A stretch of DNA of 64,000 nt from an uncultured Pseudomonadales bacterium (GTDB taxonomy: Bacteria > Pseudomonadota > Gammaproteobacteria > Pseudomonadales > Porticoccaceae). The stretch is from the NCBI GenBank assembly GCA_943788445.1, contig CALSQH010000005.1, positions 3,263 to 67,262 of the forward strand. The letters are read 5' to 3'. Each line of letters starts with the position of its first letter. Within the stretch, counting starts at the first letter, position 1. Below the pieces are notes generated by a model. It searched no databases and had not been told where the DNA came from. It saw only the letters and a list, made by a program, of their open reading frames with translations. Positions 9,401 to 19,428 of the stretch are shown here, one piece after another. The position numbers were made by a program, and so were the translations under genes.

Positions 9401-10448
9401 TAATCATCTTAGTAAAACCATCGTAGAAGCGAAGAATCTAACCAAAACCTTCGCGATCAAAGTTGCTACCGAAAAAGGCTGGGAGAAAAAAGCCGTAGCA
9501 GCAGTAACCGATGTAAATCTCACCATCCACGCCGGAGAGACGCTGGCGTTAGTGGGCGAAAGCGGCTGCGGCAAGACAACTCTTGGTCGTATGCTTGCAC
9601 TGTTCTATCAGCCCTCAAGTGGGCAGCTTTCGATTCATGGCAACTCTGTTACTGGATTAAAAAACCGTCAGTTAAAACCACTGCGACAACATGTGCAGAT
9701 GATATTTCAAGACCCCATGTCTTCGTTAAATCCAAGGCACACGGTAGAGGGCATTCTTACCGAGCCAATGAAAATATTTCCAGAATTAGGAGGGGCTGAA
9801 GCAAAGCGTCAAAATACTCCCGCAGGTCGCTTTGAAAAAGCCGCTAAATTAATGGACGCCGTGGGTCTATCGAAAGCCGATCTGGCTAAATACCCGCATG
9901 AATTTAGTGGTGGTCAGCGCCAACGTATCACCATAGCCAGAGCACTGGTACTCAACCCGGCCTTTATTGTTGCCGACGAGCCAGTCTCGGCACTGGATGT
10001 CTCCGTACAGAGCCAGATCCTTAACCTGATGAAGGATTTACGCGAAGAGTTTAATCTGACCTATCTATTTATTAGCCATGATCTAGCGGTAGTACATCAC
10101 CTTGCCGACCGGATCGCCGTTATGTATTTGGGCCGAATAGTCGAGATCGCCGATCGCAACAGTTTATTCGCTGATGCGCGCCACCCCTATACACAATCAC
10201 TGTTGCGCTCAGTGCCAACGGTAACGCCAAACAAAAGCAAGATTGGCCAGATTCTGCAGGGCGATCCACCCAGCCCAATCAACCCGCCTAATGGCTGTGC
10301 TTTTCACCCACGCTGTGATCGCGCCACCGACATTTGCCGCGAGCAATTACCCGACATGCAAAAAGTCAGCGACACGCATTTTGCCGCCTGCCATCACCAT
10401 GAGCATCGGGTTAACACCGACAGTCTACATACTATGGCGGATACATAA
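9393..10448 (+). CDS. Peptide ABC transporter ATPase (OppF/DppF type)
   Basis: GESGCGKT, FSGGQRQR, VADEPVSALD. Start set at ATG 9393, overlapping the upstream stop, rather than 9213. Confidence 0.93.
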   Translation: MDNNHLSKTIVEAKNLTKTFAIKVATEKGWEKKAVAAVTDVNLTIHAGETLALVGESGCGKTTLGRMLALFYQPSSGQLSIHGNSVTGLKNRQLKPLRQHVQMIFQDPMSSLNPRHTVEGILTEPMKIFPELGGAEAKRQNTPAGRFEKAAKLMDAVGLSKADLAKYPHEFSGGQRQRITIARALVLNPAFIVADEPVSALDVSVQSQILNLMKDLREEFNLTYLFISHDLAVVHHLADRIAVMYLGRIVEIADRNSLFADARHPYTQSLLRSVPTVTPNKSKIGQILQGDPPSPINPPNGCAFHPRCDRATDICREQLPDMQKVSDTHFAACHHHEHRVNTDSLHTMADT

Positions 10449-11410
10449 TGAGATGGTTTTTATTCACCCGAGTGACCCAGTCGCTGATAGTCCTAATGAT
10501 CATGTCATTTGTTATCTACGCGCTTATTGGCCTGATGCCTGGCGATCCTATTGATCTAATGATCAGCGCAAATCCGAATATGACCGCTGCCGATGCCGTG
10601 GCGCTGCGTGAGCTTTTCGGTCTTGATCTACCGATCTACAAACGCTATCTGAACTGGTTGGGAACTGCACTGGGAGGCGACTTAGGTTACTCTCGACTGT
10701 TTGGCCAGCCTGTATTGGACGTTTTGTTCCCGGCCATGAAAAACACGGTAGTGCTGATGGGAACCGCTTTTATTCTCTCTGTGTGTATCGCCATTCCAGT
10801 CGGCACCTTTGCCGCATCTAAGCCACGTTCACCCATCGATTATGGTGTTAACCTTTTTGCTTTCGCGGGTATTTCAATTCCCTCATTCTGGCTGGCATTG
10901 ATGCTCATCATCATTTTCTCGGTCTTTCTCGGGTGGTTTCCCGCCGGGGGCATTGCCACAGAGGGCGCGCCATTTCTCGAACAGATCAAGTATATGGTGT
11001 TGCCTGTAGCAACCATCACTATTGTCAGCATTGGCGGTCATTCACGCTATGTGCGCTCATCCATGCTCGAGGTATTACGCCAAGATTACATTCGTACCGC
11101 CCGCGCCAAGGGCGCAGACAACAACCGCGTTATCTGGAAGCATGCCCTGCGCAACGCAATGATCCCGGTGGTTACTATTCTGGCACTGGATTTTGGCTTC
11201 CTTTTTTCCGGCGCATTAATTACCGAAACAATTTACTCCTGGCCGGGTATGGGAAAACTGATTTTCGATTCAGTGATGGGCAATGATTTCAATTTGGCTC
11301 TGGTAGCACTGTTATTTGCAACCGCTCTGACCCTGACCGGCAATTTGCTCGCTGACATCTGTTACGCCTGGCTAGATCCCAGAATAGTTATTGGTGGAGA
11401 CAGCACATGA
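10448..11410 (+). CDS. Peptide ABC transporter permease (OppB type)
   Basis: MPGDP N-terminus, EAA motif DYIRTARAKG, TETIYSWPGMG. Confidence 0.95.
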   Translation: MRWFLFTRVTQSLIVLMIMSFVIYALIGLMPGDPIDLMISANPNMTAADAVALRELFGLDLPIYKRYLNWLGTALGGDLGYSRLFGQPVLDVLFPAMKNTVVLMGTAFILSVCIAIPVGTFAASKPRSPIDYGVNLFAFAGISIPSFWLALMLIIIFSVFLGWFPAGGIATEGAPFLEQIKYMVLPVATITIVSIGGHSRYVRSSMLEVLRQDYIRTARAKGADNNRVIWKHALRNAMIPVVTILALDFGFLFSGALITETIYSWPGMGKLIFDSVMGNDFNLALVALLFATALTLTGNLLADICYAWLDPRIVIGGDST

Positions 11411-12309
11411 TCAATCAAAATTCACCGCTGTTTTTAGCCATGCGCCGCTTTCGTCGCCATCGGCTGGCGATCTTTAGCTGCTGCGTATTACTCAGCATGA
11501 TCGTACTGGTGATTAGTGCCCCATTATTTGAAATCTGGCTGGGCGTCAGCGCCAATCAGGTTGATCTCTACAGCCGAATGGTTGGCTCCTCACTACAGCA
11601 TCCACTGGGTACTGATGAGTTGGGCCGAGATGTTTTTCTGCGCTTACTTTACGGTGGGCGTATCTCACTGTTTACCGGACTGACGGCGGCCTGTTTCGCA
11701 GCCTCGATTGGCACCGTGATTGGGCTTTCAGCCGGCTACTTTGGCGGTCGCTTAGACGCCCTGCTAATGCGCCTGACTGACAGTGTTATCGCCCTGCCCC
11801 TATTACCTTTATTAATTGTATTGGCGGCAATTGATCTGAATAAAATTGGCCTGCCAGAAGCCATAGTTCAGTCGGAAGATGTGAGTTTCTATCGGATTGT
11901 TTTAATTGTCGCTCTAACCGGATGGACAACCGTGGCGCGTCTGGTACGCGGCGCTACCCTAAGTTTAAAGGAGCGTGAATTTGTCATGGCCGCTCGGGGT
12001 ATCGGCGCCAGCGACAGGCACATTATGTTCCGACATATACTGCCCAATTTATTATCGCCGATTATCGTCGCCGTCACGCTCTCGGTGGGATCGGTCATTT
12101 TGCTCGAATCGGTACTTAGCTTCCTCGGTCTGGGTATTCAACCTCCCATGGCTAGCTGGGGTAATATGCTAACCAATGCCCAGCAACTTATTTGGGAGGC
12201 ACCGCTGTTAGCGGTATATCCGGGACTATTAATCTTTATTACCGTAATCTCATTTAATTTTTTGGGTGACGGCCTGCAAGACGCCTTTGATCCTAAGGCA
12301 GAATATTAA
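11407..12309 (+). CDS. Peptide ABC transporter permease (OppC type)
   Basis: HPLGTDELGRD, EFVMAARGIG, NFLGDGLQDAFDP. Confidence 0.95.
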   Translation: MINQNSPLFLAMRRFRRHRLAIFSCCVLLSMIVLVISAPLFEIWLGVSANQVDLYSRMVGSSLQHPLGTDELGRDVFLRLLYGGRISLFTGLTAACFAASIGTVIGLSAGYFGGRLDALLMRLTDSVIALPLLPLLIVLAAIDLNKIGLPEAIVQSEDVSFYRIVLIVALTGWTTVARLVRGATLSLKEREFVMAARGIGASDRHIMFRHILPNLLSPIIVAVTLSVGSVILLESVLSFLGLGIQPPMASWGNMLTNAQQLIWEAPLLAVYPGLLIFITVISFNFLGDGLQDAFDPKAEY

Positions 12310-12324
12310 TAAAAAAGAGCCACT

Positions 12325-13992
12325 ATGCAAAAGCTAATCTCAAGTCTATTGCCAGTCTGCACAGTGGCCATCTGCCTTATTCTAAGTGGCTGTGGTATGG
12401 GTGAAAGCCGAGTCGAGTCAGGTAATCGCGAGGGTATTTTACACTGGGGAAACGCCACTGAACCTCAGAGCCTAGATCCGCATATTGCCACTGGCGTTCC
12501 TGAGCACAAAATTATCACCGCGCTAATGGAAGGCCTAGTCCTTAAAGACAGCACCACTCTGGAACCCATCCCCGGTGTTGCCGAATCCTGGCATATCAGT
12601 GACGACGGTCTTATCTACACTTTCTATCTTCGCAAAAACGCCCGCTGGTCAAATGGCGATCCCCACAATGCCCATGATTACGTCTGGTCTTGGTGGCGAG
12701 CACTGCAACCGGCACTGGGCAATCTCTACGCCTACATGTACTTTCCAATCTACAACGCCCAGGCTTATTACGAAGGAGATCTACAAGACTTTACTGATGT
12801 TGGCGTAAAGGCGCTCGACGACCATACTCTTCAGATTCAGCTAGAGAATCCAACACCCTACTTTCTGCAACTGCTCGATCACTACAGTCTGTTTCCTGTG
12901 CATCGTCCAACTGTGGAAAAGTTTGGCACCGCAGACGAACGCGGTACCCGCTGGACCTTCGAGGGAAACCTGGTTGGCAACGGCGCTTTTACGCTTAATG
13001 AGTGGAAGATCAATCGCTATATTAGTGTTAACAAGAATCCCCACTACTGGGACGCCGAGCGAGTAAAACTCAATCAGGTGTATTTCTATCCGACTGAAAA
13101 TCTTACTACCGAAGAACGCATGTTCCGTGCAGGACAGTTGCACTACACCTATGAAGTCCCGGTGGATAAAATTGCTGTGTATAGGCAAAAGAAGTCTCAA
13201 GAATTACAGATATCTCCCTATCTAGGCAGTTACTTTTATCGCTTTAATACCAGAGTTGAGCATCTAAGTGACAAACGGGTACGCCGAGCATTGGCAATGG
13301 CTGTAGATCGCCAAAAGATTGCCGACCAAGTCCTCAAAGCCGGTCAGGTACCGGCCTATGCGATCACCCCGCCCAATACCATGGGTTATTACCCACAGAG
13401 TAATCTAACTTTTGATCCAGATCAGGCACGGGCACTGATGGCCGAGGCCGGCTATCCCAACGGTCAGGGTTTTCCAAAAACTGAAATTCTCTACAACACT
13501 CAGGAGGAACACCGCAAAGTCGCTGTAGCAATTCAACAGATGTGGAAAGATGTCTTAAACATTGATGTCGTGCTACTTAATCAAGAGTGGAAAGTCTATT
13601 TGGATAGCGTCGCCAATGGCGACTATGCTATCGCCCGCGCCGCTTGGATCGGGGACTATGTCGATCCAAATAACTTCCTCGACATGTGGCTCTGTGATGG
13701 TGGCAACAACCGGACTGGCTGGTGTAATCCTGACTTTGATCAAATGATTCTTGAACAGGCACCCAAGGCTAAAACTCACGCTGAACGCCTAAAAATCTTT
13801 ACCCAAGCAGAGACATTATTACTTGAAGACATGCCGGCACTCCCTCTGTACATTTATGTCAGCAAGCATCTGGTTAGCCCGTCGATAAAGAATTTCCCAC
13901 AGAATATTCTCAACCAGCCTTCGTTCAAGGATATTTATCTACAAGCGCCTGATACTGCAATGAGTGATATTACCGGCAAGGAGACTAACTGA
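12325..13992 (+). CDS. oppA: Oligopeptide ABC transporter substrate-binding lipoprotein, system 2
   Basis: Lipobox LSGC, EPQSLDPH, AESWHISDDGLIYTFYLR, W-x-G-D-Y-x-D-P motif. Confidence 0.92.
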   Translation: MQKLISSLLPVCTVAICLILSGCGMGESRVESGNREGILHWGNATEPQSLDPHIATGVPEHKIITALMEGLVLKDSTTLEPIPGVAESWHISDDGLIYTFYLRKNARWSNGDPHNAHDYVWSWWRALQPALGNLYAYMYFPIYNAQAYYEGDLQDFTDVGVKALDDHTLQIQLENPTPYFLQLLDHYSLFPVHRPTVEKFGTADERGTRWTFEGNLVGNGAFTLNEWKINRYISVNKNPHYWDAERVKLNQVYFYPTENLTTEERMFRAGQLHYTYEVPVDKIAVYRQKKSQELQISPYLGSYFYRFNTRVEHLSDKRVRRALAMAVDRQKIADQVLKAGQVPAYAITPPNTMGYYPQSNLTFDPDQARALMAEAGYPNGQGFPKTEILYNTQEEHRKVAVAIQQMWKDVLNIDVVLLNQEWKVYLDSVANGDYAIARAAWIGDYVDPNNFLDMWLCDGGNNRTGWCNPDFDQMILEQAPKAKTHAERLKIFTQAETLLLEDMPALPLYIYVSKHLVSPSIKNFPQNILNQPSFKDIYLQAPDTAMSDITGKETN

Positions 13993-14927
13993 TGTTGCGA
14001 TTTGCCATAGGCCGCCTGCTACAGGCAATTCCGGTACTGCTAATTGTGATCAGTGTAACCTTTCTGCTTGTTCACTCAGCCCCAGGCGGCCCTTTTTCTG
14101 CGGACAAAGCGGTTCCACCGGAGGTTATCAAAGCTCTTGAAGCGCAATACAATCTCGACCAACCCCTCTGGCAGCAGTACCTCAGCTATCTGGGTGATGT
14201 GATTCAGGGTGATTTTGGTCCCTCGTTTAAATACTCTGGCCGCACAGTCAATGAGTTAATCGCAGCCGGATTACCGATCACCGCCGAACTGGGTCTCTAT
14301 GCCCTATTGATTGCCCTTATTATCGGCATCACCGCTGGCGTAATGGCGGCTATCAGACCCAACACACTACAAGACTACATTCCGATGTCCGGCGCCATGC
14401 TCGGCATCTGTATGCCCTCATTTTTGCTTGGCCCACTGTTAGTTTTAGTCTTTGGCATCTATCTGGATTGGCTTCCGGTATCCGGTTGGGGAGATATACC
14501 CGGCGATAAAATCTTGCCTTCGATTACCCTCGGCGCTGCCTACGCCGCCTATATAGCTCGGCTGTCGCGAGGCGGCATGTTGGAGGTTCTCTCACAGGAC
14601 TATATCCGCACCGCTCGCGCCAAAGGGCTCTCAGAGCCGTTAATTATCGTCAAACACGCATTGCGCGGCGGTTTAATACCGGTGGTGGCTTTTCTTGGGC
14701 CAGCCTTTGCCGGTCTCTTGGGCGGTTCCTTTGTCGTCGAGACCATCTTCCAAATTCCCGGCCTTGGCCGTTTCTATGTGCAGGCCGCCTTTAACCGTGA
14801 TTACACTATGATTCTCGGCATGACAGTATTCTTTGCCACCCTGATTATCCTCTTTAATCTGCTCTCGGATATGCTCGCTATCTGGCTCAATCCGAAACTT
14901 CGGCAGCAATCTAGAGGAGATAGCTAA
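13992..14927 (+). CDS. oppB: Oligopeptide ABC transporter permease
   Basis: APGGPF, GDFGPSFKY, DYIRTARAKGL, RDYTMILG. Confidence 0.93.
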   Translation: MLRFAIGRLLQAIPVLLIVISVTFLLVHSAPGGPFSADKAVPPEVIKALEAQYNLDQPLWQQYLSYLGDVIQGDFGPSFKYSGRTVNELIAAGLPITAELGLYALLIALIIGITAGVMAAIRPNTLQDYIPMSGAMLGICMPSFLLGPLLVLVFGIYLDWLPVSGWGDIPGDKILPSITLGAAYAAYIARLSRGGMLEVLSQDYIRTARAKGLSEPLIIVKHALRGGLIPVVAFLGPAFAGLLGGSFVVETIFQIPGLGRFYVQAAFNRDYTMILGMTVFFATLIILFNLLSDMLAIWLNPKLRQQSRGDS

Positions 14928-15823
14928 TGGCGGCTAATGCCCCGACAAGCACCCAAGTCAGCGCCATCCCGGAGCAGGGAACATCTTTATGGCAGGATGC
15001 CTGGATAAAATTGCGTAAAAACCGCCTCGCACTCTATGGACTAGCGATTCTCGTGCTACTCTGCCTTGTGTCTCTGGCAACCCCGTGGATTGCCCCCTAT
15101 GGCTACGAAGAGCAAAATCTCGGGCTGGGTGCCACTGCCCCCTCACTACAGCACTGGCTGGGCACCGATATCTTTGGCCGCGATATGCTCACCCGCATTA
15201 TGTATGGAGGTCGAGTCTCTCTGGCGGTTGGTTTTATCGCCACCGCTGTAGCGCTGGTAATCGGCGTTCTCTGGGGTGCGATTGCAGGCTTTACTGGGGG
15301 CCGTGTGGATGCCCTGATGATGCGCATTGTTGATATCCTTTACGCCCTGCCCTTTATGATATTTATTGTTCTACTGATGGTGATTTTCGGGCGCAATATC
15401 TTTTTGCTGTTCTTTGCCATTGGTGCCGTCGAATGGCTGACCATGGCACGAATAGTTCGCAGTCAGGTTATGTCTTTGCGCAAACAAGAATTTGTTGAAG
15501 CGGCTCATTCGTTGGGGCTCTCCCAATGGACAATTATTCGCCGCCATATTATTCCCAACACCCTTGGCCCGGTGATTGTCTACACCACCTTAACCATTCC
15601 CAGCGTTATGTTACTGGAGGCCTTTTTAAGCTTTCTTGGGCTCGGTATTCAGCCGCCGCAAAGCTCTTGGGGGCTGTTGATTAACTACGGTGTTGAGACC
15701 ATGGAAGAATACCCCTGGCTGTTGATTTTCCCGGGTATCGCATTATCGCTCACACTGTTTGCCCTCAACTTTCTCGGCGACGGCCTGCGCGACGCCCTAG
15801 ACCCCAGAACCTCTAAGGATTAA
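14927..15823 (+). CDS. oppC: Oligopeptide ABC transporter permease
   Basis: HWLGTDIFGRD, EFVEAAHSLG, NFLGDGLRDALDP. Confidence 0.93.
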   Translation: MAANAPTSTQVSAIPEQGTSLWQDAWIKLRKNRLALYGLAILVLLCLVSLATPWIAPYGYEEQNLGLGATAPSLQHWLGTDIFGRDMLTRIMYGGRVSLAVGFIATAVALVIGVLWGAIAGFTGGRVDALMMRIVDILYALPFMIFIVLLMVIFGRNIFLLFFAIGAVEWLTMARIVRSQVMSLRKQEFVEAAHSLGLSQWTIIRRHIIPNTLGPVIVYTTLTIPSVMLLEAFLSFLGLGIQPPQSSWGLLINYGVETMEEYPWLLIFPGIALSLTLFALNFLGDGLRDALDPRTSKD

Positions 15824-15827
15824 CCCC

Positions 15828-17477
15828 ATGGCACTGCTTGAGGTAAATAGATTAAAGGTCTACTTCCAGACTAGAAATGGTCTGGTTAAAGCCGTCGATG
15901 ATGTTAGCTTCAGCGTTGATGCCGGTGAGACACTGGCTATTGTCGGTGAATCTGGCTCGGGTAAATCTGTCACCTGCTACAGCCTCTTGGATCTGCTACC
16001 AAAACCTCCAGCGGTTATCGAAGGCGGCACAGCACTGTTTGATGGCGAGGATTTATTAACCTGCTCTACACCCCGCATGCGGCAACTTAGAGGCAATGAT
16101 ATCGCGGTGATTTTTCAGGATCCAATGACCTCGCTAAACCCGTTTATCAGTATCGGTGAACAGTTGATTGAGCCGCTGATTTATCACCCCGATAAAACCC
16201 GTATTCAAGGTCGCAAACAGGCTCGTCTCCGCGCCATAGAATTACTCGACGAAGTGGGTATTATTGATCCCGTAGCGCGCTTTGACTGCTATCCCCATGA
16301 ATTCTCTGGTGGTATGCGTCAGCGGGTAATGATCGCCATGGCACTAATCAATGAGCCGCGGCTATTGATCTGCGATGAGCCAACCACAGCTCTAGATGTG
16401 ACCATTCAAGCACAGATTTTAGAACTGATTAAAAAGCTACAGCAAACCCGCGATGTGGCCGTTATCTTTATCAGCCACGATCTCGGTGTAGTCGCTGGCA
16501 TTGCCGATAAAGTATTAGTCATGTGCGACGGCACAATCCGTGAAGCTGGCGATACAGAGTCTATTTTTTACAACAGCCAAAATGACTACACCAAGAAACT
16601 GTTAGCGGCTATTCCCGAGGGTGCCAAGGTTCTAACAAACCGATCCGAGCCGGATAAACCACTCGTTGAGGTACGAGATTTAAAAACCTATTTCAGCGAT
16701 TACAGTAAAGCCGCTGCTAGTGGCGGAAAAAAATATATCAAAGCCGTCGACGGCGTTTCGCTAGATATTCGGCGCGGTGAAATCCTCGGCCTTGTCGGCG
16801 AATCCGGCTCTGGGAAATCGACCCTGGGCCGCTCTATTTTACAGCTGGCACCGACCAGTTTTGGCACAGTGACATTTGATGGCACCCTGCTTGACGATCT
16901 GAATCCAAAACAGACAGTACCTTGGCGACGCAGGATGCAGATGATTTTTCAGGATCCCTACGCCTCTCTAAACCCTCGCATGACGGTTTATCAAACTCTC
17001 TCTGAACCACTGCTATATCACGGTTTAGCTGACAGCAAGTCGATTGATCAACAGGTCCGCCAGTTGATGGATGATGTGGGTTTAGCCTACGGTCAAATGC
17101 GCAAATATCCCCATGAATTTTCCGGCGGTCAACGCCAGCGCATCGCTATTGGTCGCGCGATTGCGACCAAGCCTGAGCTTATTATTGCCGATGAACCGGT
17201 GTCCGCTTTAGACGTTACCATTCAGGCACAGATTCTCGACCTTATTCTCGATTTAGTGGAGCGCCACAATCTGACGATGTTATTTATCTCTCACGATTTG
17301 TCTGTGGTTCGCTACATTTCAGATCGGGTGATGGTGATGAATAAGGGTGTGATTATTGAGTCCGGCGATACCGAAACACTCTGGGCGAATCCGCAGCAGG
17401 AATACACCCAACGGCTACTAAAAGCGATTCCATTGGCCGATCCAAGGCTTGAGCGCAGGCGAATTGCCAGCCTCTAG
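15828..17477 (+). CDS. Fused double-domain peptide ABC ATPase (OppD-OppF fusion)
   Basis: Two Walker A motifs (GESGSGKS) and two signature/Walker B sets. Confidence 0.95.
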   Translation: MALLEVNRLKVYFQTRNGLVKAVDDVSFSVDAGETLAIVGESGSGKSVTCYSLLDLLPKPPAVIEGGTALFDGEDLLTCSTPRMRQLRGNDIAVIFQDPMTSLNPFISIGEQLIEPLIYHPDKTRIQGRKQARLRAIELLDEVGIIDPVARFDCYPHEFSGGMRQRVMIAMALINEPRLLICDEPTTALDVTIQAQILELIKKLQQTRDVAVIFISHDLGVVAGIADKVLVMCDGTIREAGDTESIFYNSQNDYTKKLLAAIPEGAKVLTNRSEPDKPLVEVRDLKTYFSDYSKAAASGGKKYIKAVDGVSLDIRRGEILGLVGESGSGKSTLGRSILQLAPTSFGTVTFDGTLLDDLNPKQTVPWRRRMQMIFQDPYASLNPRMTVYQTLSEPLLYHGLADSKSIDQQVRQLMDDVGLAYGQMRKYPHEFSGGQRQRIAIGRAIATKPELIIADEPVSALDVTIQAQILDLILDLVERHNLTMLFISHDLSVVRYISDRVMVMNKGVIIESGDTETLWANPQQEYTQRLLKAIPLADPRLERRRIASL

Positions 17478-17557
17478 ACAATCTCCAACTTTAGTTTTAT
17501 TGCTAGGCTAGGTTGTGAATGGTAACCGTGCCACGTCAGCAGTGTGCCTCTATCCGA

Positions 17558-17640
17558 TCTACTATCAGGGTCTTTAGTCTAGACTCGCTGTAAATACATC
17601 CCTGCCGCTCACGGTCTAGACTAAAGACCCTGACAGCAGA
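17558..17640. repeat. Long hairpin, 27-bp stem, 29-nt loop
   Basis: tctactatcagggtctttagtctagac / gtctagactaaagaccctgacagcaga around tcgctgtaaatacatccctgccgctcacg. Confidence 0.85.
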
Positions 17641-17682
17641 CCTAACATCGAGCGTAATTCAATATTTGTTAATGCTGTGTGA

Positions 17683-17843
17683 GAGTTAAAGCGTGGGGGC
17701 ACCTTGAAGATCAGTCAGGCTCCGCTTATGGTTTAGATATTTTCAGATTGAGCGAGCAACAGTTTGAGCAACGCGAGTTTTGCGAGCGCTGAAAATATCT
17801 AAACCATGGAGCCGATCTTCAAGGTGCCCCCACGCTTTGACTC
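17683..17843. repeat. Nested-hairpin element, copy 2
   Basis: 26-bp outer stem (one G-T pair), GATC junctions, GGCTCC/GGAGCC stem, 19-bp perfect inner stem, conserved central loop. Confidence 0.9.
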
Positions 17844-18016
17844 GGATTCATGGCACAAATACCATTCACAACTAAGCCCACCGACAAACACAATTAAACA
17901 GGCGGTCTAAAAAAACAGGTTAAGAAGCTACCAGAAAAACTCTACAGTCATAGATTATCAACTCGACCACCTAATCGCTGATAAGATTAAAACATTGATT
18001 AATAAAAGAGGCCCTA

Positions 18017-18748
18017 ATGTTAGAACTTATCAAGGTAACCAAAAACAGTGGCATTTTATCCATCACCCTTAACAGGTTGGATAAAAAGAACGCCCTAACC
18101 GCAGCCATGTATTCAGAATTGGCAGCTATCTTTGATCAACAGGTATCCGACATCAATGCCGTTATCATTTCTGGCGGAACAGACTTCACCGCTGGCAATG
18201 ACCTCGCAGACTTTCTCGATAACCCGCCGACAACCAGTGACGCACCGGTTTACGAATTTATGCGCGCCCTCTCCACCTGCCCCGTGCCCGTTGTTGCCGC
18301 CGTTGATGGGTTTGCAGTTGGTATTGGAACAACCCTGCTACTGCACTGCGACTTTGTCTACGCCACGGCAAAAACAATCTTTGTACTGCCGTTTATCAAT
18401 CTCGCCGTTGTCCCAGAATTTGGCTCATCACAACTCTTACCCATGCGTATGGGCTATGTGAAAGCCGCTGAAATGCTTCTGCTCGGGGATAAGTTTGATT
18501 CATCAACCGCACTGCAATACGGGCTTATTAATCAAATCTGTGATGCTGAAAATCTCATGGCAACCGCAACAGCGACCGCCGAAAAGCTAGCCAGTAAACC
18601 ACAACAGGCAATGATACAGAGCAAAGCCTTTATGCGTCGTGATGCCGAGCCATTGGCCCAGCGCATTGCACTTGAGTCAGAGAGTTTTTCAAGGATGGTC
18701 GCAGCGCCAGAAGCCAGAGCGGCAATCAATAAGATTTTAAAACGTTAA
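18017..18748 (+). CDS. Enoyl-CoA hydratase/isomerase family protein
   Basis: LNRLDKKNALT, FTAGNDL, AAVDGFAVGIG, VPEFGSS. Confidence 0.93.
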   Translation: MLELIKVTKNSGILSITLNRLDKKNALTAAMYSELAAIFDQQVSDINAVIISGGTDFTAGNDLADFLDNPPTTSDAPVYEFMRALSTCPVPVVAAVDGFAVGIGTTLLLHCDFVYATAKTIFVLPFINLAVVPEFGSSQLLPMRMGYVKAAEMLLLGDKFDSSTALQYGLINQICDAENLMATATATAEKLASKPQQAMIQSKAFMRRDAEPLAQRIALESESFSRMVAAPEARAAINKILKR

Positions 18749-18772
18749 ATTTTTAATTTTAAACATCTAACC

Positions 18773-19396
18773 TTAGTCAGCACAGCTGATGCCTGTTCCG
18801 CATAAACCGCAGTAGCCACCGGGATTCTTCGCCAAGTATTGCTGATGATAATCTTCGGCGTAATAGAACGCCGGCGCCTCACGCATCTCGGTTGAAATTC
18901 CAGGATAACCCTGTGCAACTAACTTTGCTTCGTAAGCCGCGGCAGACTCGATAGTCTCGACCAACTGTTGAGCATCCTGACAATAGATAACCGAGCGATA
19001 CTGACTACCTATATCATTGCCCTGACGCATCCCCTGAGTTGGATCATGGGACTCCCAGAACAACACCAAAAGTGATTCGAATGAAATTATTTCAGGATCA
19101 AAAACCACCAACACAACTTCAGAGTGGCCAGTCAGGCCTGAACAGGCCTCTTCGTAAGTAGGGTTAGGCGTAAACCCACCGGCATAACCAACCGCAGTGG
19201 TAATAACACCCGGCTGTTGCCAGAAACGCCGCTCGGCGCCCCAGAAACAACCCATACCAATGATCACCCAATTCAAGCCGGGGTCAAAAGGTGGTTTAAT
19301 TGGTTGACCATTAACATAATGAGAATTGCTGACATCCATTACCACATCGCGTCCGGGCAGTGCCTGCTCAGCAGTAGGAAGAATTAACATGGACAT
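18773..19396 (-). CDS. msrA: Peptide methionine sulfoxide reductase A
   Basis: [33 protein letters not shown]. Confidence 0.97.
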   Translation of the reverse strand: MSMLILPTAEQALPGRDVVMDVSNSHYVNGQPIKPPFDPGLNWVIIGMGCFWGAERRFWQQPGVITTAVGYAGGFTPNPTYEEACSGLTGHSEVVLVVFDPEIISFESLLVLFWESHDPTQGMRQGNDIGSQYRSVIYCQDAQQLVETIESAAAYEAKLVAQGYPGISTEMREAPAFYYAEDYHQQYLAKNPGGYCGLCGTGISCAD

Positions 19397-19428
19397 ATGA
19401 CGACCTCGTTTATTTAAACCTATGCAAC

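Larger units (their letters stand above)
17506..17878. repeat. Composite palindromic element: 28-bp imperfect outer inverted repeats enclosing two hairpin elements
   Basis: 17506-17533 matches the reverse complement of 17851-17878 at 23 of 28 positions. Confidence 0.65.
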
